Translations under genes and position numbers: made by a program | Shown here: piece after piece, positions 41,297 to 52,987 of the stretch | Layout: every line of letters begins with the position of its first letter | Numbering within the stretch: position 1 is the stretch's first letter | Origin: an uncultured Nitrospiraceae bacterium | GTDB lineage: Bacteria > Nitrospirota > Thermodesulfovibrionia > Thermodesulfovibrionales > Dissulfurispiraceae | Direction: 5' to 3' | DNA length: 53,442 nt | NCBI GenBank assembly: GCA_963727805.1 | Contig: CAVSHF010000001.1 | Span: forward strand, 1-53,442 | Notes under the pieces: generated by a model | Seen by the model: the letters and a program-made list of their open reading frames with translations, nothing else | What the model was told of the DNA's origin: nothing | The model's database searches: none

Positions 41297-42129
41297 CAAA
41301 AAGAATAATTCCCTGTCTTGATGTCAAGGATGGAAGGGTCGTCAAAGGTGTCAGTTTTCTCAATCTCCGCGATGCGGGTGATCCTGTCGATAACGCCCTT
41401 TATTATGACAAGGAGGGTGCCGACGAGCTTGTTTTCCTCGATATAACAGCATCTCACGAAAAAAGAAAGATCATACTCGATGTTGTCGAGAAGACCGCGA
41501 ATGATGTATTCATGCCGCTAACCGTGGGCGGCGGGATTCGTGTGCTCGATGATATCAGAAACCTGCTTAACGCCGGATGTGACAAAGTCTCAATTAATAC
41601 GGCCGCGGTGCAGGATCCTTATTTTATAAGCCGCGCTGCTGAACGGTTCGGCACTCAGTGCATTGTTGTGGCGATAGATGCAAAGAGGGTTGTTGATGAC
41701 ATGAGCGAAGCCTCGGGGGAAGGATGGTTTGCCAACGCCGCTCTGAAGGATGTAGGCCTCTCACTACCTGCTCGCGGGCTTACCTGGGCGCTTTCTACTC
41801 ATGGCGGACGCAAGATGAAGCTCATAGATGCAGTTAAGTGGGCAAAGAAGATGGAAGAGTTGGGCGCTGGAGAACTTCTGGTCACGAGCATGGATAGAGA
41901 CGGTACAAAAGAGGGCTATGATCTTGAACTTACGCGCACGATCTCTGAAGCGGTATCAATCCCCGTTATAGCATCCGGTGGGGCAGGGAACCTCGAACAT
42001 CTCTACTCAGGCTTTGTAGAGGGTAAGGCCGATGCTGTGCTTGCGGCCTCAATCTTCCACTACCGTCAATACTCTATCCATCAGGCCAAAGAATATTTGA
42101 AAACGAAGAACGTCCCGGTAAGGCTGTAG
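41290..42129 (+). CDS. hisF: Imidazole glycerol phosphate synthase cyclase subunit
   Basis: [36 protein letters not shown]. Confidence 0.98.
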   Translation: MLAKRIIPCLDVKDGRVVKGVSFLNLRDAGDPVDNALYYDKEGADELVFLDITASHEKRKIILDVVEKTANDVFMPLTVGGGIRVLDDIRNLLNAGCDKVSINTAAVQDPYFISRAAERFGTQCIVVAIDAKRVVDDMSEASGEGWFANAALKDVGLSLPARGLTWALSTHGGRKMKLIDAVKWAKKMEELGAGELLVTSMDRDGTKEGYDLELTRTISEAVSIPVIASGGAGNLEHLYSGFVEGKADAVLAASIFHYRQYSIHQAKEYLKTKNVPVRL

Positions 42130-42271
42130 TCAGTCGCAAAACTCTGTTGCATCTATTTGGACTTTTCCATACATCCTCCTTGCTTTGATCAAACCGTAAA
42201 AAATGATATTTATTAAGAAAGTCTGCAATATATTGTGCCCGAGATACATGATTGTACTAGGATAAAGATAT

Positions 42272-42300
42272 TTGACATGGAACATATAAAGTATTATGAT
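42272..42300 (+). promoter_or_regulatory. sigma70 promoter of the chaperone operon
   Basis: TTGACA-17 nt-TATGAT. Confidence 0.75.
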
Positions 42301-42329
42301 AAGAATAGACAGCATTCAGAGGAGATAAT

Positions 42330-43400
42330 ATGACGGCAGCGACGAAAGATTACTACAAGATCCTGGGTGTCGACAAAGAAGCGACCCAGGAAGATCTTAA
42401 AAAAGCATACCGGAAGCTTGCTAGGAAACATCATCCCGACCTGAATCCTAACGACAAGGCATCTGAAGAGAAATTTAAGGAGATTAGCGAGGCTTATGCT
42501 GTTCTCGGGGACGAGAAGAAGCGCGCTGAATATGACAAGGGCGGCACTTTCAATTTCGAAGGGTTCGACGGTTTCAAGGGTTACGATTTTGGCGGCGGTG
42601 CGGGCAACTATACTGATGTCTTTGGCGATATCTTCGGTGGCCGTTTCACGCATGAGTCTATGTCTTCTAGAGGAGAGGATCTAATCATGGGTCTTGATCT
42701 GTCCCTCGAAGAGGCATTTACAGGAACAACTATGAACATACCGATATCGAGATCAGTCGCCTGCGAGGCATGCAGGGGAAAGGGGGCTGAGTCTTTCGAG
42801 ACGTGTGCTAAATGCCATGGGACGGGCAGGGCCGAGACTGCAAGGGGATTCTTCAAAATCGCCCAAGCCTGTCACGATTGCGGCGGGACTGGGAGAAAGG
42901 CTGTATCTCTCTGCAAGAAATGCGGTGGCAGAGGGAATCTATTCGCTGAGGACACTCTTAAGGTAAAAATCCCAGCTGGCGCAGACGACGGCTCTATAAT
43001 CAGGTTGAAAGGGAAGGGGAATGCGGGAAAGGGAGGCGGCCCTTCCGGAGACCTGCTTCTTGAGATCAGTATCAAGTCCCATCCCGTTTTTCAGAAGAAA
43101 GATAATGATATTCATGTCCAGATACCGGTGACATTTGGAGAGGCTGCCCTCGGTACAAAAATAGAGGTTCCGACTCTTGACGGCTCTGCAATGATGAAAC
43201 TGCCGCCAGGAACGCAGGGAGGACAGCGATTTAAGCTGAGCGGGAAGGGCTATATATCAAGGTCTGGCAGGCGGGGGAATGAATACGCCGAGATCAGGAT
43301 AATGGTGCCTAAGGATATTCCCGATAAGGCAAAAGAGGCCATCAAAACCATAGAAGCATTATACCCTGATCATCCGAGAAAACACTCTGGAGAGAAATAG
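42330..43400 (+). CDS. dnaJ: DnaJ-class co-chaperone
   Basis: J domain with HPD, four CxxCxGxG motifs, C-terminal domain. Confidence 0.9.
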   Translation: MTAATKDYYKILGVDKEATQEDLKKAYRKLARKHHPDLNPNDKASEEKFKEISEAYAVLGDEKKRAEYDKGGTFNFEGFDGFKGYDFGGGAGNYTDVFGDIFGGRFTHESMSSRGEDLIMGLDLSLEEAFTGTTMNIPISRSVACEACRGKGAESFETCAKCHGTGRAETARGFFKIAQACHDCGGTGRKAVSLCKKCGGRGNLFAEDTLKVKIPAGADDGSIIRLKGKGNAGKGGGPSGDLLLEISIKSHPVFQKKDNDIHVQIPVTFGEAALGTKIEVPTLDGSAMMKLPPGTQGGQRFKLSGKGYISRSGRRGNEYAEIRIMVPKDIPDKAKEAIKTIEALYPDHPRKHSGEK

Positions 43401-43402
43401 CC

Positions 43403-43756
43403 ATGGTGAGAAGAAAACAAGACACCGACAGGCCACTCTATCTGATAAGCGTAGTATCGAAGATGCTCGAGGTACACCCCCAGACATTGCGGATGTATGA
43501 ACGAGAAGGGTTCGTCGCTCCCCACAGGATCAACCGCCAGCGTCTCTATTCGGAGAAGGATGTGGAACGTCTGAATCTCGTTATCGAGCTGACCAAGGAC
43601 CTCGGCGTTAACAAGGCTGGTGTAGATATTATTTTGAGGATGCGAAACCGTCTTGAGCTGATGCACAGGGAAATAAGCGACCTAATGGGTCTGCTCGACG
43701 AAGATATAAGAAAAGAGTTTGAAAGAAGATTAAAATCCATGTTTGGTGAGCAGTGA
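43403..43756 (+). CDS. hspR: MerR-family heat-shock repressor
   Basis: LISVVSKMLEVHPQTLRMYEREG, LGVNKAGVDIIL; lies between dnaJ and clpB. Confidence 0.88.
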   Translation: MVRRKQDTDRPLYLISVVSKMLEVHPQTLRMYEREGFVAPHRINRQRLYSEKDVERLNLVIELTKDLGVNKAGVDIILRMRNRLELMHREISDLMGLLDEDIRKEFERRLKSMFGEQ

Positions 43757-43774
43757 CAAGGAGGATCATTTGTT

Positions 43775-46420
43775 ATGAGATTAGATAGACTGACGGTAAA
43801 GAGCCAGGAGGCTATGCAGGAGGCCCAAGCCTTTGCGCAGAAGAAGGGTAATCAGCAGCTCGATGTGGAGCATCTTCTGTTAGCGATCCTTCATGATAAT
43901 GAAGGCATCGGTCTTCAGATATTGAACAGGATAGGCGTCGACATTGTTGCGATCCAAACTGACCTCGATAAAGAGATCGACAAATTCACAAAGGTTTCAG
44001 GTGCGACTCCCATGGGGCAGCTATATATTTCCCCGAGGCTGAATGCAGTGCTAGAGAAATCGTTCGAAGAGGCTCAGCACCTGACGGATGAATTCATCAG
44101 CATCGAGCATCTTCTCATCGCTATATTCAGCGACCACGGGCCGGCGACAGAAATTCTTAATCGTCACGGCGCAACGCGCGATAGCGTCCTCGAAGCAATG
44201 CGGGAGATCCGCGGTGTTCATAGGGTTACCGATCCGAATCCGGAAGAAAAATACCAGGCCCTGAAAAAGTATGGAAAAGACCTGACCGACCTGGCCAAAA
44301 GAGGAAAGCTGGATCCGGTCATAGGACGGGACGAAGAAATCAGGCGCGTCATTCAGGTTCTTTCGAGGAGGACAAAGAACAATCCGGTGCTCATCGGAGA
44401 CCCGGGGGTTGGAAAGACGGCTATCGTCGAAGGGCTCGCCCAGCGTATCGTCGACGGAGATGTGCCCGAAACCTTACGGGACAAGCGCCTTGTGACCATC
44501 GATATCGGCGGACTGGTCGCGGGGTCAAAATATCGTGGTGAATTCGAGGAACGGCTCAAGGCTGTAATGAAAGAAATTGAGCAGGCAGAAGGCAGGGTTA
44601 TTACTTTTATCGATGAACTCCATACGCTTGTTGGGGCTGGAGCTGCCGAGGGGTCCGTCGATGCGTCGAACATGCTCAAGCCTGCTCTCGCACGGGGTGA
44701 GCTCAAGTGTATCGGCGCCACTACCGTGAATGAATATCGGAAATATATAGAGAAGGACCCAGCGCTTGAAAGAAGGTTCCAACCTGTGATGGTAGGAGAG
44801 CCCTCTGTCGAGGATACGATTTCAATCCTGCGCGGGCTGAAAGAAAAATACGAAATTCATCACGGCGTCAAGATAAAGGATTCCGCACTGATAGCTGCAG
44901 CGATGCTCTCGAATCGCTATCTTACTGACAGGTTTCTTCCAGATAAGGCCATCGACCTTATTGATGAGGCTGCTGCGCGTCTCAGGATGGAAATCGATAG
45001 CATGCCGGTCGAGCTCGATGAACTTGAAAGGAAGCTGCGACAGATCGAGATCGAAAAACAGGCATTGCTCAGGGATGACTCACAGGATGCAAAAGACAAA
45101 CTTGACAAGCTCGCGAAAGAGGCGGCCGAACTTCAATCCCGTCGGGATGTTTTCCGTGCACAATGGCTGAGAGAAAAAGAAGTGATCCAAAAGATCAGAG
45201 AAATAAAGGAGCAAATCGATCAGAACAAGAGCGAGTTTGAAAGGGCCGAAAGGGAAGGCGATCTGACAAAGGCTTCGGAACTAAAATACGGCAAACTTCT
45301 CGATCTCCAGCGTGCACTTGAAGCTGAAAATGTTCGGCTGAAGGATACACAGGAGAAGCGTAAGATGCTAAAGGAAGAGGTCGACGATGAGGACATCGCC
45401 GAAGTCGTCTCGAAATGGAGCGGAGTGCCGGTAACGCGGATGCTCGAAGGAGAAGTCCAGAAGCTCATCAATATGGAAGACCGTCTGAGACAACGGGTTG
45501 TCGGCCAAGATGAAGCTCTTGCCGCAGTTGCGAATGCTGTGAGGAGAGGAAGGTCTGGTCTTCAGGACCCCAACAAGCCCATTGGCTCCTTCTTATTTTT
45601 AGGGCCGACGGGTGTAGGGAAGACTGAACTCGCGAAAGCGCTTGCGGAATTTCTCTTCGACGACGAGACGGCCATGACCCGGATCGATATGTCAGAGTAT
45701 CAGGAGAGGCATACTGTATCAAGGCTTCTTGGTGCGCCTCCCGGGTATGTCGGCTATGAAGAAGGTGGTCAGCTAACCGAGGCAGTTAGAAGAAGGCCAT
45801 ATGCGGTGGTGCTCTTCGATGAGATCGAGAAAGCCCATCCCGAGGTCTTTAACACCTTGTTGCAGCTGCTTGACGACGGTCGCCTGACTGATGGACACGG
45901 AAGGACCGTGGATTTCAGGAACACAGTGGTGATCATGACCTCCAATATCGGAAGCGTCCATATTCAGGAAATACTTGATGACCGCACGAAGAGGCCAGCC
46001 GCCTACTGGAGTGATGACAACCACAAGGCTTTGAAGGACAAGATTATGGATGATCTCAAGGCCTTCTTCAAACCCGAGTTTTTAAACAGGATCGACGAAA
46101 TCGTCATCTTCAATGCCCTGAACACCACCCTGCTCAAACAGATTGTCGGCATCCAGATAGGTCGTATGAAGAAGTATCTGCATGAAAAGAAGATAGATCT
46201 GGTCCTTACCGAAGCTGCAAAAACGCATGTGGCAAAAGCCGGGTACGATCCTGTTTATGGCGCAAGACCACTTAAGAGGGCCATTCAGAACGAGATACTG
46301 AACCCTCTCGCCATGAAACTTCTCGAACACGCATTTTCGGAGGGTGATGTGATCGAGGTCGATTATGCCAACAATAAGATGGCATTTATGAAGGTGGATG
46401 TTGCGGAATTTGTTTCATAG
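43775..46420 (+). CDS. clpB: Chaperone ClpB
   Basis: Two AAA+ domains ([16 protein letters not shown]) and a long middle coiled-coil domain. Confidence 0.98.
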   Translation: MRLDRLTVKSQEAMQEAQAFAQKKGNQQLDVEHLLLAILHDNEGIGLQILNRIGVDIVAIQTDLDKEIDKFTKVSGATPMGQLYISPRLNAVLEKSFEEAQHLTDEFISIEHLLIAIFSDHGPATEILNRHGATRDSVLEAMREIRGVHRVTDPNPEEKYQALKKYGKDLTDLAKRGKLDPVIGRDEEIRRVIQVLSRRTKNNPVLIGDPGVGKTAIVEGLAQRIVDGDVPETLRDKRLVTIDIGGLVAGSKYRGEFEERLKAVMKEIEQAEGRVITFIDELHTLVGAGAAEGSVDASNMLKPALARGELKCIGATTVNEYRKYIEKDPALERRFQPVMVGEPSVEDTISILRGLKEKYEIHHGVKIKDSALIAAAMLSNRYLTDRFLPDKAIDLIDEAAARLRMEIDSMPVELDELERKLRQIEIEKQALLRDDSQDAKDKLDKLAKEAAELQSRRDVFRAQWLREKEVIQKIREIKEQIDQNKSEFERAEREGDLTKASELKYGKLLDLQRALEAENVRLKDTQEKRKMLKEEVDDEDIAEVVSKWSGVPVTRMLEGEVQKLINMEDRLRQRVVGQDEALAAVANAVRRGRSGLQDPNKPIGSFLFLGPTGVGKTELAKALAEFLFDDETAMTRIDMSEYQERHTVSRLLGAPPGYVGYEEGGQLTEAVRRRPYAVVLFDEIEKAHPEVFNTLLQLLDDGRLTDGHGRTVDFRNTVVIMTSNIGSVHIQEILDDRTKRPAAYWSDDNHKALKDKIMDDLKAFFKPEFLNRIDEIVIFNALNTTLLKQIVGIQIGRMKKYLHEKKIDLVLTEAAKTHVAKAGYDPVYGARPLKRAIQNEILNPLAMKLLEHAFSEGDVIEVDYANNKMAFMKVDVAEFVS

Positions 46421-46470
46421 GGCTGTTGGTCTATAAAACAGACAGCAATGAACTCTGAGGAGGAAAAGGT

Positions 46471-46923
46471 ATGGCAATTGATAAGTGGAGTCCTTTAAAA
46501 GAGCTCGAGGACATGAGAAGAGACATGGACAGGCTTTTCGATGAATTCACAAAGCCTGGGCGGAGAAGGAGGATTTGGCCGAAATCTGAGGGCCTTGTCA
46601 TCCCGAGCATCGACCTATACGACAGGAAAACTGATATCATCGTCAAGATCGAGCTGCCGGGTGTACGCAGAGAAGACATCGATCTCACCATTACCAAGGA
46701 TACGCTGACGTTGAAGGGAGAGATCAAAAAGGACGATGATGTTCAGGAAGAGGATTATTCTATATCCGAGAGGATGTTCGGAAGTTTTTCCCGCACTATA
46801 GCGCTACCCTTCGAGGTCGAAAGCGAAAAGGCTCAGGCAACGATGAACAATGGACTTCTTGAGATTGTAATACCCAAACGGGAAGAGGCGCGACCCAAAG
46901 AAGTTAAGATTGAGGTCAAATAA
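46471..46923 (+). CDS. Hsp20/alpha-crystallin small heat-shock protein
   Basis: ELPGV, ERMFGSFSRTIALP, NGLLEIVIPK, C-terminal I-x-V. Confidence 0.95.
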   Translation: MAIDKWSPLKELEDMRRDMDRLFDEFTKPGRRRRIWPKSEGLVIPSIDLYDRKTDIIVKIELPGVRREDIDLTITKDTLTLKGEIKKDDDVQEEDYSISERMFGSFSRTIALPFEVESEKAQATMNNGLLEIVIPKREEARPKEVKIEVK

Positions 46924-46935
46924 GATATTGCTGCG

Positions 46936-46973
46936 TGACGAAGCCCCGAGAAACGGTTTCCGGGGCTTCGTCA
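46936..46973 (+). terminator. Terminator hairpin of the chaperone operon
   Basis: TGACGAAGCCCCG / CGGGGCTTCGTCA 13-bp stem. Confidence 0.75.
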
Positions 46974-47015
46974 TTCGTTGACAAGTGGCCGGTCTTTTTG
47001 AGATAATAACAAGTT

Positions 47016-47088
47016 TCCTGGGTAGCTCAGCTGGCAGAGCGGGTGGCTGTTAACCACTTGGTCGGGGGTTCGAATCCCTCCCCAGGAG
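47016..47088 (+). tRNA. tRNA-Asn (GTT), CCA not encoded
   Basis: Acceptor TCCTGGG/CCCAGGA, D arm GCTC/GAGC, anticodon loop CT-GTT-AA, T loop TTCGAAT. Confidence 0.97.
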
Positions 47089-47106
47089 TCTTTCTATTAT
47101 CAATTG

Positions 47107-47418
47107 CTATTTAGTTGCGCTAGTCCCTGCTGCATCTTCCTTTAATGCCTCGGCTATCCCGCGCTCGATTACCGGAAAAGTCTCCGAGTACCAAGCATCT
47201 CCAAAATGATTGGACAGTATATTCAATGTTCTCGGATCATCCGTCTCTATAAGGAAAAAGACCTTCACGGGGGAACTCCCTATGACTTCATACCGCTTAA
47301 TCGTTTTGCATTTCTTCTCAAATATCTTCGCCTTATTCTTTAGCCATAATGCCCTTTCACGATAAATTTCGCTCCGCATAACCTCTTCTTTTGCGTCAAA
47401 GGTAGATATGTACCACAT
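47107..47418 (-). CDS. Hypothetical protein (possibly DUF3303/GYD-like dimeric barrel)
   Basis: SD GGAGG; 'VFFLIETDDP...SETFPVI' pattern. Confidence 0.65.
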   Translation of the reverse strand: MWYISTFDAKEEVMRSEIYRERALWLKNKAKIFEKKCKTIKRYEVIGSSPVKVFFLIETDDPRTLNILSNHFGDAWYSETFPVIERGIAEALKEDAAGTSATK

Positions 47419-47671
47419 TGCAGACCTCCGTTCATTAATGAGATGTTTTTATTATACTCTTGAGTGATCTTAAACAGCCGGTGACCACTTTCCCCATGCA
47501 ATGGTATTCTACATGCCTTGCTAATTAACTTATACAGCATAACGGGCTGTTTTTCAAATTTGCATACATGATCTTTCTTATGTTTCCTGCCTGCCCACAT
47601 GACATGTGATAAAATGATACTATCAAGTTAGTGCAGATGAGGCGACATGTGCCTATCTATCTATTTGCTGA

Positions 47672-50263
47672 ATGAAACCTAGTACCAAGGTAAAGTTTTC
47701 ATTGAGAATAATGAAAAATAATTATAACATCAACGGGATATCTGGGCTTTCCGAGATCGAAGCATCTCGGCGACGGGCGAAGGAAGGGTATAATGAACTC
47801 CCGTCTACAAAAAAGCGAAGCGTTATTGCCATAGCGGTTGATGTAGCTTGCGAACCCATGTTCCTGCTCTTGCTCGCAGGTGGGGCTATTTATTCATTGC
47901 TTGGTGATATGCAGGAAGCACTTATGCTGTTGGGTTTCGTCTTTGTTGTCATAGGCATCACATTGTATCAGGAGCGCAAGACCGAACGGGCGCTGGAAGC
48001 GCTCAGGGACCTCTCAAGTCCGCGAGCACTGGTAATCAGGGATGGGGAGCAAAAGCGGATCCCGGGCCGTGATGTGGTGCGGGACGACATCATAATATTG
48101 GCAGAGGGCGATCGTGTGCCCGCAGATGCACTTCTTCTCTCATGCGGCAACCTTTCGGTAGATGAATCTTTGCTTACCGGGGAATCAGTTGCAGTCCGCA
48201 AAGTTGTTTGTGACGGCATTATGGCAATGCCCCGGCCCGGAGGTGAGGGCTTACCTGCAGTTTACTCGGGAACACTTGTCGTTCAAGGTTTTGGGACCGC
48301 CCGAGTCAGGGCGATCGGTATCGACACCGAGATTGGTAAAATCGGAAAGGCGTTGCAGGCAATTGAACCTGAACAGACCCCACTACAGATTGAAACCGGC
48401 CGGCTTGTCCGGACGCTCTCCATCATCGGTTTTGCTCTCTGCTCGGCGGTGGTTATTGTTTATGGGCTGACACGCGATAACTGGTTAAACGGGTTTCTGG
48501 CGGGCATAACACTTGCGATGGCGACACTCCCTGAGGAGTTCCCGATGGTCCTCACAGTTTTCCTTGCATTAGGTGCCTGGCGTATTTCCCAAAATCGGGT
48601 CCTAACGCGCAGGGTGCCTGCGGTAGAGACGCTTGGCTCGGCCTCGGTCCTGTGTGTCGACAAAACAGGCACGCTCACTCTAAATACGATGACCGTATGT
48701 AAGATTCAAACCGCCACTGGGCTGTGCAACCCAACTAGTTTGGCGACTTCACTTCCCGAGGAGTATCACGAGATTGTCGAGTTCAGTGTGCTCGCAAGTC
48801 AGACCAACCCCTTCGATCCGATGGAAAAGGCTTTCAAGGAATTTGGCAACAAGGTGATGTTCAATACCGAGCACCTTCACGACGACTGGACTCTCGTGCA
48901 GGAATACCCTTTGTCTCAGGAGTTACTGGCCATGTCCCGAGTCTGGAAAGCAATCGACAGCGATTGTTACGTTATCGCTGCCAAGGGCGCTCCGGAGGCC
49001 ATTGCCGATATCTGCCATCTGAATGACACGCAAAGGCAGTGTCTCTTGGAACAGCTCGACGGCATGGCTAGGGAGGGGTTGCGAATTATAGGTGTAGCTA
49101 AAGCTGATTTCAGGGAAAGCGAACTGCCTGGCGGACAACATGACTTCACATTTGAATTCCTGGGGCTTATTGGTCTGGCGGACCCGGTGCGCCCCGGCGT
49201 TGCTGAAGCTGTTACCGATTGCTACAAAGCGGGTATAAGAGTTGTAATGATCACGGGAGATTATCCCGTTACCGCCGAGCATATAGCTGACCAGATAGGA
49301 TTAAGGCGGACGAGCGGAATTATCACGGGTCCGGAACTGGACGGGATGGACGATGCGGGGCTTCAACAGCGCATTGGGGCCGTCACCATTTTTGCACGGG
49401 TAGTACCTGAACAGAAGCTGCGCATAGTGAATGCCCTCAAAGCCCACGGTGAGATTGTCGCCATGACAGGCGATGGAGTCAATGATGCCGCAGCGCTCAA
49501 GGCTGCACATATTGGCATCGCCATGGGCGGACGGGGCACAGATGTTGCCCGGGAGGCATCGGCCCTTGTTCTACTTGACGACGATTTTTCTTCCATCGTA
49601 CAGGCGGTAAGAATGGGCCGGAGAATTTTTGATAATCTCAAAAAAGCTATGGCATATATCTTTGCCATACATGTGCCAATCGCGGGCATGTCGTTACTCC
49701 CTGTTTTCTTTAATTGGCCCTTGGTGTTGTTGCCAGTACATATCGTGTTTCTGGAATTAATTATCGACCCTGCATGTTCGGTCGTTTTCGAAGCGGAAAG
49801 CGAAGAGGCCGATGTGATGGGCCGTCCGCCGCGTAGACTTGACGAACCCCTATTCAATAAGACAACAGTTGTTTTTAGCTTGTTGCAGGGCCTCAGCGTC
49901 CTGGTGATCGTAGCGGCGGTATTTGTGGTAACTTTGCTAAGAGGTCAGGGGGAGCAGGATGCCCGGACTCTCAGTTTTACGACGCTTATCATCGCGAACA
50001 TTGGTCTTATCCTTACAAACCGCTCGTGGTCCGGAACAATCTTGTCGACTATGCGCACACATAATGCTGCTCTTTGGTGGGTCTTGACTGGAGCACTTTT
50101 ATTTTTAGGGGCCGCGCTTTACTTTCCCCTTTTGAGAAATATATTTCATTTTAGCACACTACATTTTATTGATCTGGTTATCTGTCTGGCAGCCGGAGTC
50201 ATGAGTATTCTTTGGTTTGAGGGCTTTAAAATAATGAAGGGCCAACCCATACGCGTGTTGTGA
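47672..50263 (+). CDS. Cation-translocating P-type ATPase (type II)
   Basis: LTGES, PEEF, DKTGT, KGAPE, MITGD, TGDGVND; start may be 47711. Confidence 0.95.
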   Translation: MKPSTKVKFSLRIMKNNYNINGISGLSEIEASRRRAKEGYNELPSTKKRSVIAIAVDVACEPMFLLLLAGGAIYSLLGDMQEALMLLGFVFVVIGITLYQERKTERALEALRDLSSPRALVIRDGEQKRIPGRDVVRDDIIILAEGDRVPADALLLSCGNLSVDESLLTGESVAVRKVVCDGIMAMPRPGGEGLPAVYSGTLVVQGFGTARVRAIGIDTEIGKIGKALQAIEPEQTPLQIETGRLVRTLSIIGFALCSAVVIVYGLTRDNWLNGFLAGITLAMATLPEEFPMVLTVFLALGAWRISQNRVLTRRVPAVETLGSASVLCVDKTGTLTLNTMTVCKIQTATGLCNPTSLATSLPEEYHEIVEFSVLASQTNPFDPMEKAFKEFGNKVMFNTEHLHDDWTLVQEYPLSQELLAMSRVWKAIDSDCYVIAAKGAPEAIADICHLNDTQRQCLLEQLDGMAREGLRIIGVAKADFRESELPGGQHDFTFEFLGLIGLADPVRPGVAEAVTDCYKAGIRVVMITGDYPVTAEHIADQIGLRRTSGIITGPELDGMDDAGLQQRIGAVTIFARVVPEQKLRIVNALKAHGEIVAMTGDGVNDAAALKAAHIGIAMGGRGTDVAREASALVLLDDDFSSIVQAVRMGRRIFDNLKKAMAYIFAIHVPIAGMSLLPVFFNWPLVLLPVHIVFLELIIDPACSVVFEAESEEADVMGRPPRRLDEPLFNKTTVVFSLLQGLSVLVIVAAVFVVTLLRGQGEQDARTLSFTTLIIANIGLILTNRSWSGTILSTMRTHNAALWWVLTGALLFLGAALYFPLLRNIFHFSTLHFIDLVICLAAGVMSILWFEGFKIMKGQPIRVL

Positions 50264-50363
50264 AACAACAAATGCCCGTTGAAACAGACTTCTGGCTTTT
50301 ACAATTAGCTGGTGTGCCTTCTCTGACAAGGATATTAATAATTCGGGGATACTTCGACAAACA

Positions 50364-50831
50364 ATGTTGAATCGAAATTATATTGAATACTGGCTTCCGG
50401 TCATTTTTTGGATGGGCATCATTTTCTGCATGTCAACGGACGCATTCTCCTCGGACAATACATCGCAAATTATTGGGCCGATGCTGTATTTACTTTTTCC
50501 TGGAATGTCACCTGATGATGTTGCCCTTCTGCATGGGCTCATCAGGAAGGCGGGGCATGTCACCGAGTATTTTGTCTTGGGGATTTTGCTTTTTCGCGCT
50601 TTCCGCGGCGCGTCTTTGCAAATGTTGCGACTGAGATGGATAATTGCGGCTGTTGTTGTGGTGGTTGTTTATGCCCTGAGTGATGAGTTCCATCAATCGT
50701 TTGTTGCTACGAGGACCGCTTCTCTTTTCGATGCAGGCATCGACTCGATAGGTGGCATCCTCGCTCAACTTGTGATTGTCCTCTGGTATCGCCGCTGTCG
50801 AAACAGAAGGGCGATGAAAGTTGACGGTTAG
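50364..50831 (+). CDS. VanZ family membrane protein
   Basis: IRKAGHVTEY, YALSDEFHQSFV..R. Confidence 0.9.
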   Translation: MLNRNYIEYWLPVIFWMGIIFCMSTDAFSSDNTSQIIGPMLYLLFPGMSPDDVALLHGLIRKAGHVTEYFVLGILLFRAFRGASLQMLRLRWIIAAVVVVVVYALSDEFHQSFVATRTASLFDAGIDSIGGILAQLVIVLWYRRCRNRRAMKVDG

Positions 50832-50922
50832 ATATTGACGTCTTTGAGGCGTAACGCCGATTCACTCAGTTGAACGGTTTGAAGTATTGCTCCATTTAAT
50901 CCTTACTTGCTCAAGTCAGATA

Positions 50923-51099
50923 TTATCTGGCTGCCTCAATCGCCGCTCGCGTGATCTTTGTGGGATTCGGGCCTGTCGCAACAACGAGGTTCGACTTTGC
51001 ATATGCCTCACATTGAACCGTTAATAAAGTCCGGAGGTGAAGGAATTGAAAACCGATGCCGGCTATCGCAGAAGTCTTTAGGAATCCTCTGCGGTTCAT
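50923..51099 (-). pseudogene. 5' remnant of a Tat-exported protein (DUF362-like)
   Basis: MNRRGFLK Tat motif, then LVVATG..PTKITRAAIEAA and a stop after 58 aa. Confidence 0.6.
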
Positions 51100-51234
51100 G
51101 GAGCCCCTCTTGTGAAAGCTATAATTGCTGTTGTTAAAAACATAGCTCATATCACATATCCTGTCAATAACCTATCGGTTATCACGTCTATCTTATAGAC
51201 TGCATATGCTCAGCAACACATGGTATAATTTCCG

Positions 51235-52506
51235 ATGCGCTTTATTGCCGACCTGCATATCCATTCGAAATACTCACGTGCCACCAGCGGCGACATGACT
51301 CTCGAGGCAATATGGAAATGGGCACAACTAAAGGGCATTTCGGTGGTCGGTACTGGTGACTTTACACACCCAAAATGGTTTAAAGAGCTCAATGACAAGC
51401 TCGATCCCTTGGGGAACGGCCTTTTCAGGCTTAAGAAAGCCTATCGCACAGGCGATATCCACGCCTCTTGCAGAAACGAGGTATCATTCCTCCTTACTTC
51501 GGAAATAAGCTGCATTTACAGCAAGAATAAAAAAACGCGGAAGGTGCATTGCCTCGTCTTTGTTCAGGACTTTCAAAGCGCGGCCAAATTGAGCATTGCC
51601 CTTGCAAAAATAGGGAACCTTAATGCCGATGGTAGGCCTATCCTTGGCCTCGATGCAAAGGAGTTACTTAGAATAGTGCTCGATACTTCACCCGAGGCCA
51701 TGCTTGTGCCAGCCCACGCCTGGACACCCCACTTTTCGGTCTTCGGCGCGGTATCGGGTTTTGATTCCCTAGAAGAGTGCTTTGAGGAACTCACTCCGAA
51801 TATATGTGCCATTGAAACGGGACTTTCATCAGATCCGGCCATGAACTGGAGGCTATCCGCATTAGATGGGATAACCCTTATCTCCAATTCGGATGCCCAT
51901 TCCCCGGCCAAGATGGGCCGGGAGGCTAATATTTTCGAAATTGAGATTTCTTATCCATCGATGATGGGATCCCTTAAATCAAGGAAAGGTTTTGCAGGAA
52001 CTATTGAATTTTTCCCTGAAGAGGGGAAATACCATTATGATGGACACAGGCTATGTGGAGTTAGCCTGACGCCTAAAGAAACTATGAAGCACGATTTTCT
52101 CTGTCCTATGTGTGGTAAAAAGGTGACTGTCGGCGTCCTGCATCGCGTCGAGACGCTGGCTGACAGGGTTGAGGGTTTTAAACCAAAAGGGGCGCAGCCC
52201 TTCCGCTCTATCATACCCCTGCCAGAGATCATTTCGGAAACATTGAAGGTAGGCGTTAAAAGTAAGGCTGTTGATAAAGTCTATCAGAAGCTGCTTGCTA
52301 CCCTCGGTAACGAATTCAGCATCCTGATAGATGCTTCTTTAGCTGATATCGAACAAGTCGGCTCAACACTTCTGCGAAAAGGCATCGCGCAAATGCGTGC
52401 TGGTAAGGTATATATTGCCCCCGGGTTTGATGGCGAATACGGAAAGATTAGAATCTTCGAGGAAATCGGCAGGGAACAGATCAAGGGGCAGGCGATGCTT
52501 TTTTGA
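51235..52506 (+). CDS. Endonuclease Q family / PHP-domain protein
   Basis: DLHIHSKYSRAT, GTGDFTHP, PAHAWTP, NSDAHS, GKYHYDGH, CPMCG, PGFDGEYG. Confidence 0.92.
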   Translation: MRFIADLHIHSKYSRATSGDMTLEAIWKWAQLKGISVVGTGDFTHPKWFKELNDKLDPLGNGLFRLKKAYRTGDIHASCRNEVSFLLTSEISCIYSKNKKTRKVHCLVFVQDFQSAAKLSIALAKIGNLNADGRPILGLDAKELLRIVLDTSPEAMLVPAHAWTPHFSVFGAVSGFDSLEECFEELTPNICAIETGLSSDPAMNWRLSALDGITLISNSDAHSPAKMGREANIFEIEISYPSMMGSLKSRKGFAGTIEFFPEEGKYHYDGHRLCGVSLTPKETMKHDFLCPMCGKKVTVGVLHRVETLADRVEGFKPKGAQPFRSIIPLPEIISETLKVGVKSKAVDKVYQKLLATLGNEFSILIDASLADIEQVGSTLLRKGIAQMRAGKVYIAPGFDGEYGKIRIFEEIGREQIKGQAMLF

Positions 52507-52715
52507 CTTTTCTCGATGCTGATTTTTTGGACGATCAGCTTTGATTTTGGAGTCGCGGCTGATGGCGTCCATGTCGTCAGTCGCGATATATTAATATTAG
52601 AGTAATGATAGCCCAATTGACCCTTGCATGGTTTTTTAGGCCGACTCAAAGAGCTGCCGAGTTCTAGTCAAATAAATGCTTAATTTCAATTGGTTAAAAA
52701 TGGCTCAAAAAAGAA

Positions 52716-52744
52716 TTGACAGGAACCACGAAAGATGTTATAAT
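52716..52744 (+). promoter_or_regulatory. rRNA operon promoter
   Basis: Perfect TTGACA-17 nt-TATAAT with TGn and an A-rich upstream region. Confidence 0.88.
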
Positions 52745-52927
52745 TTTATTTCAAGTTGATCTTTGAAGCTTCACTTTCTCTACAGTACCGACGGCTTATG
52801 CGAGCAGAGGGAACAATAAGAGAAAGGGATCCAGTGTAAATGTGGTGTTGGGTTAGCGGTAACATTTACTAGGACCCCACTTGGAAAAGTCTCCGCGAGT
52901 TCGGACCCAAGGTGCTGAAGGGATTTT

Positions 52928-52940
52928 TGTTCTTTGAAAA
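52928..52940 (+). promoter_or_regulatory. boxA antitermination site
   Basis: TGTTCTTTGAAAA in the rRNA leader. Confidence 0.75.
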
Positions 52941-52987
52941 CTAAAGGTAGGTCCTATTAATTCGAGTTTTTGAGTATTGCCAGAAAA

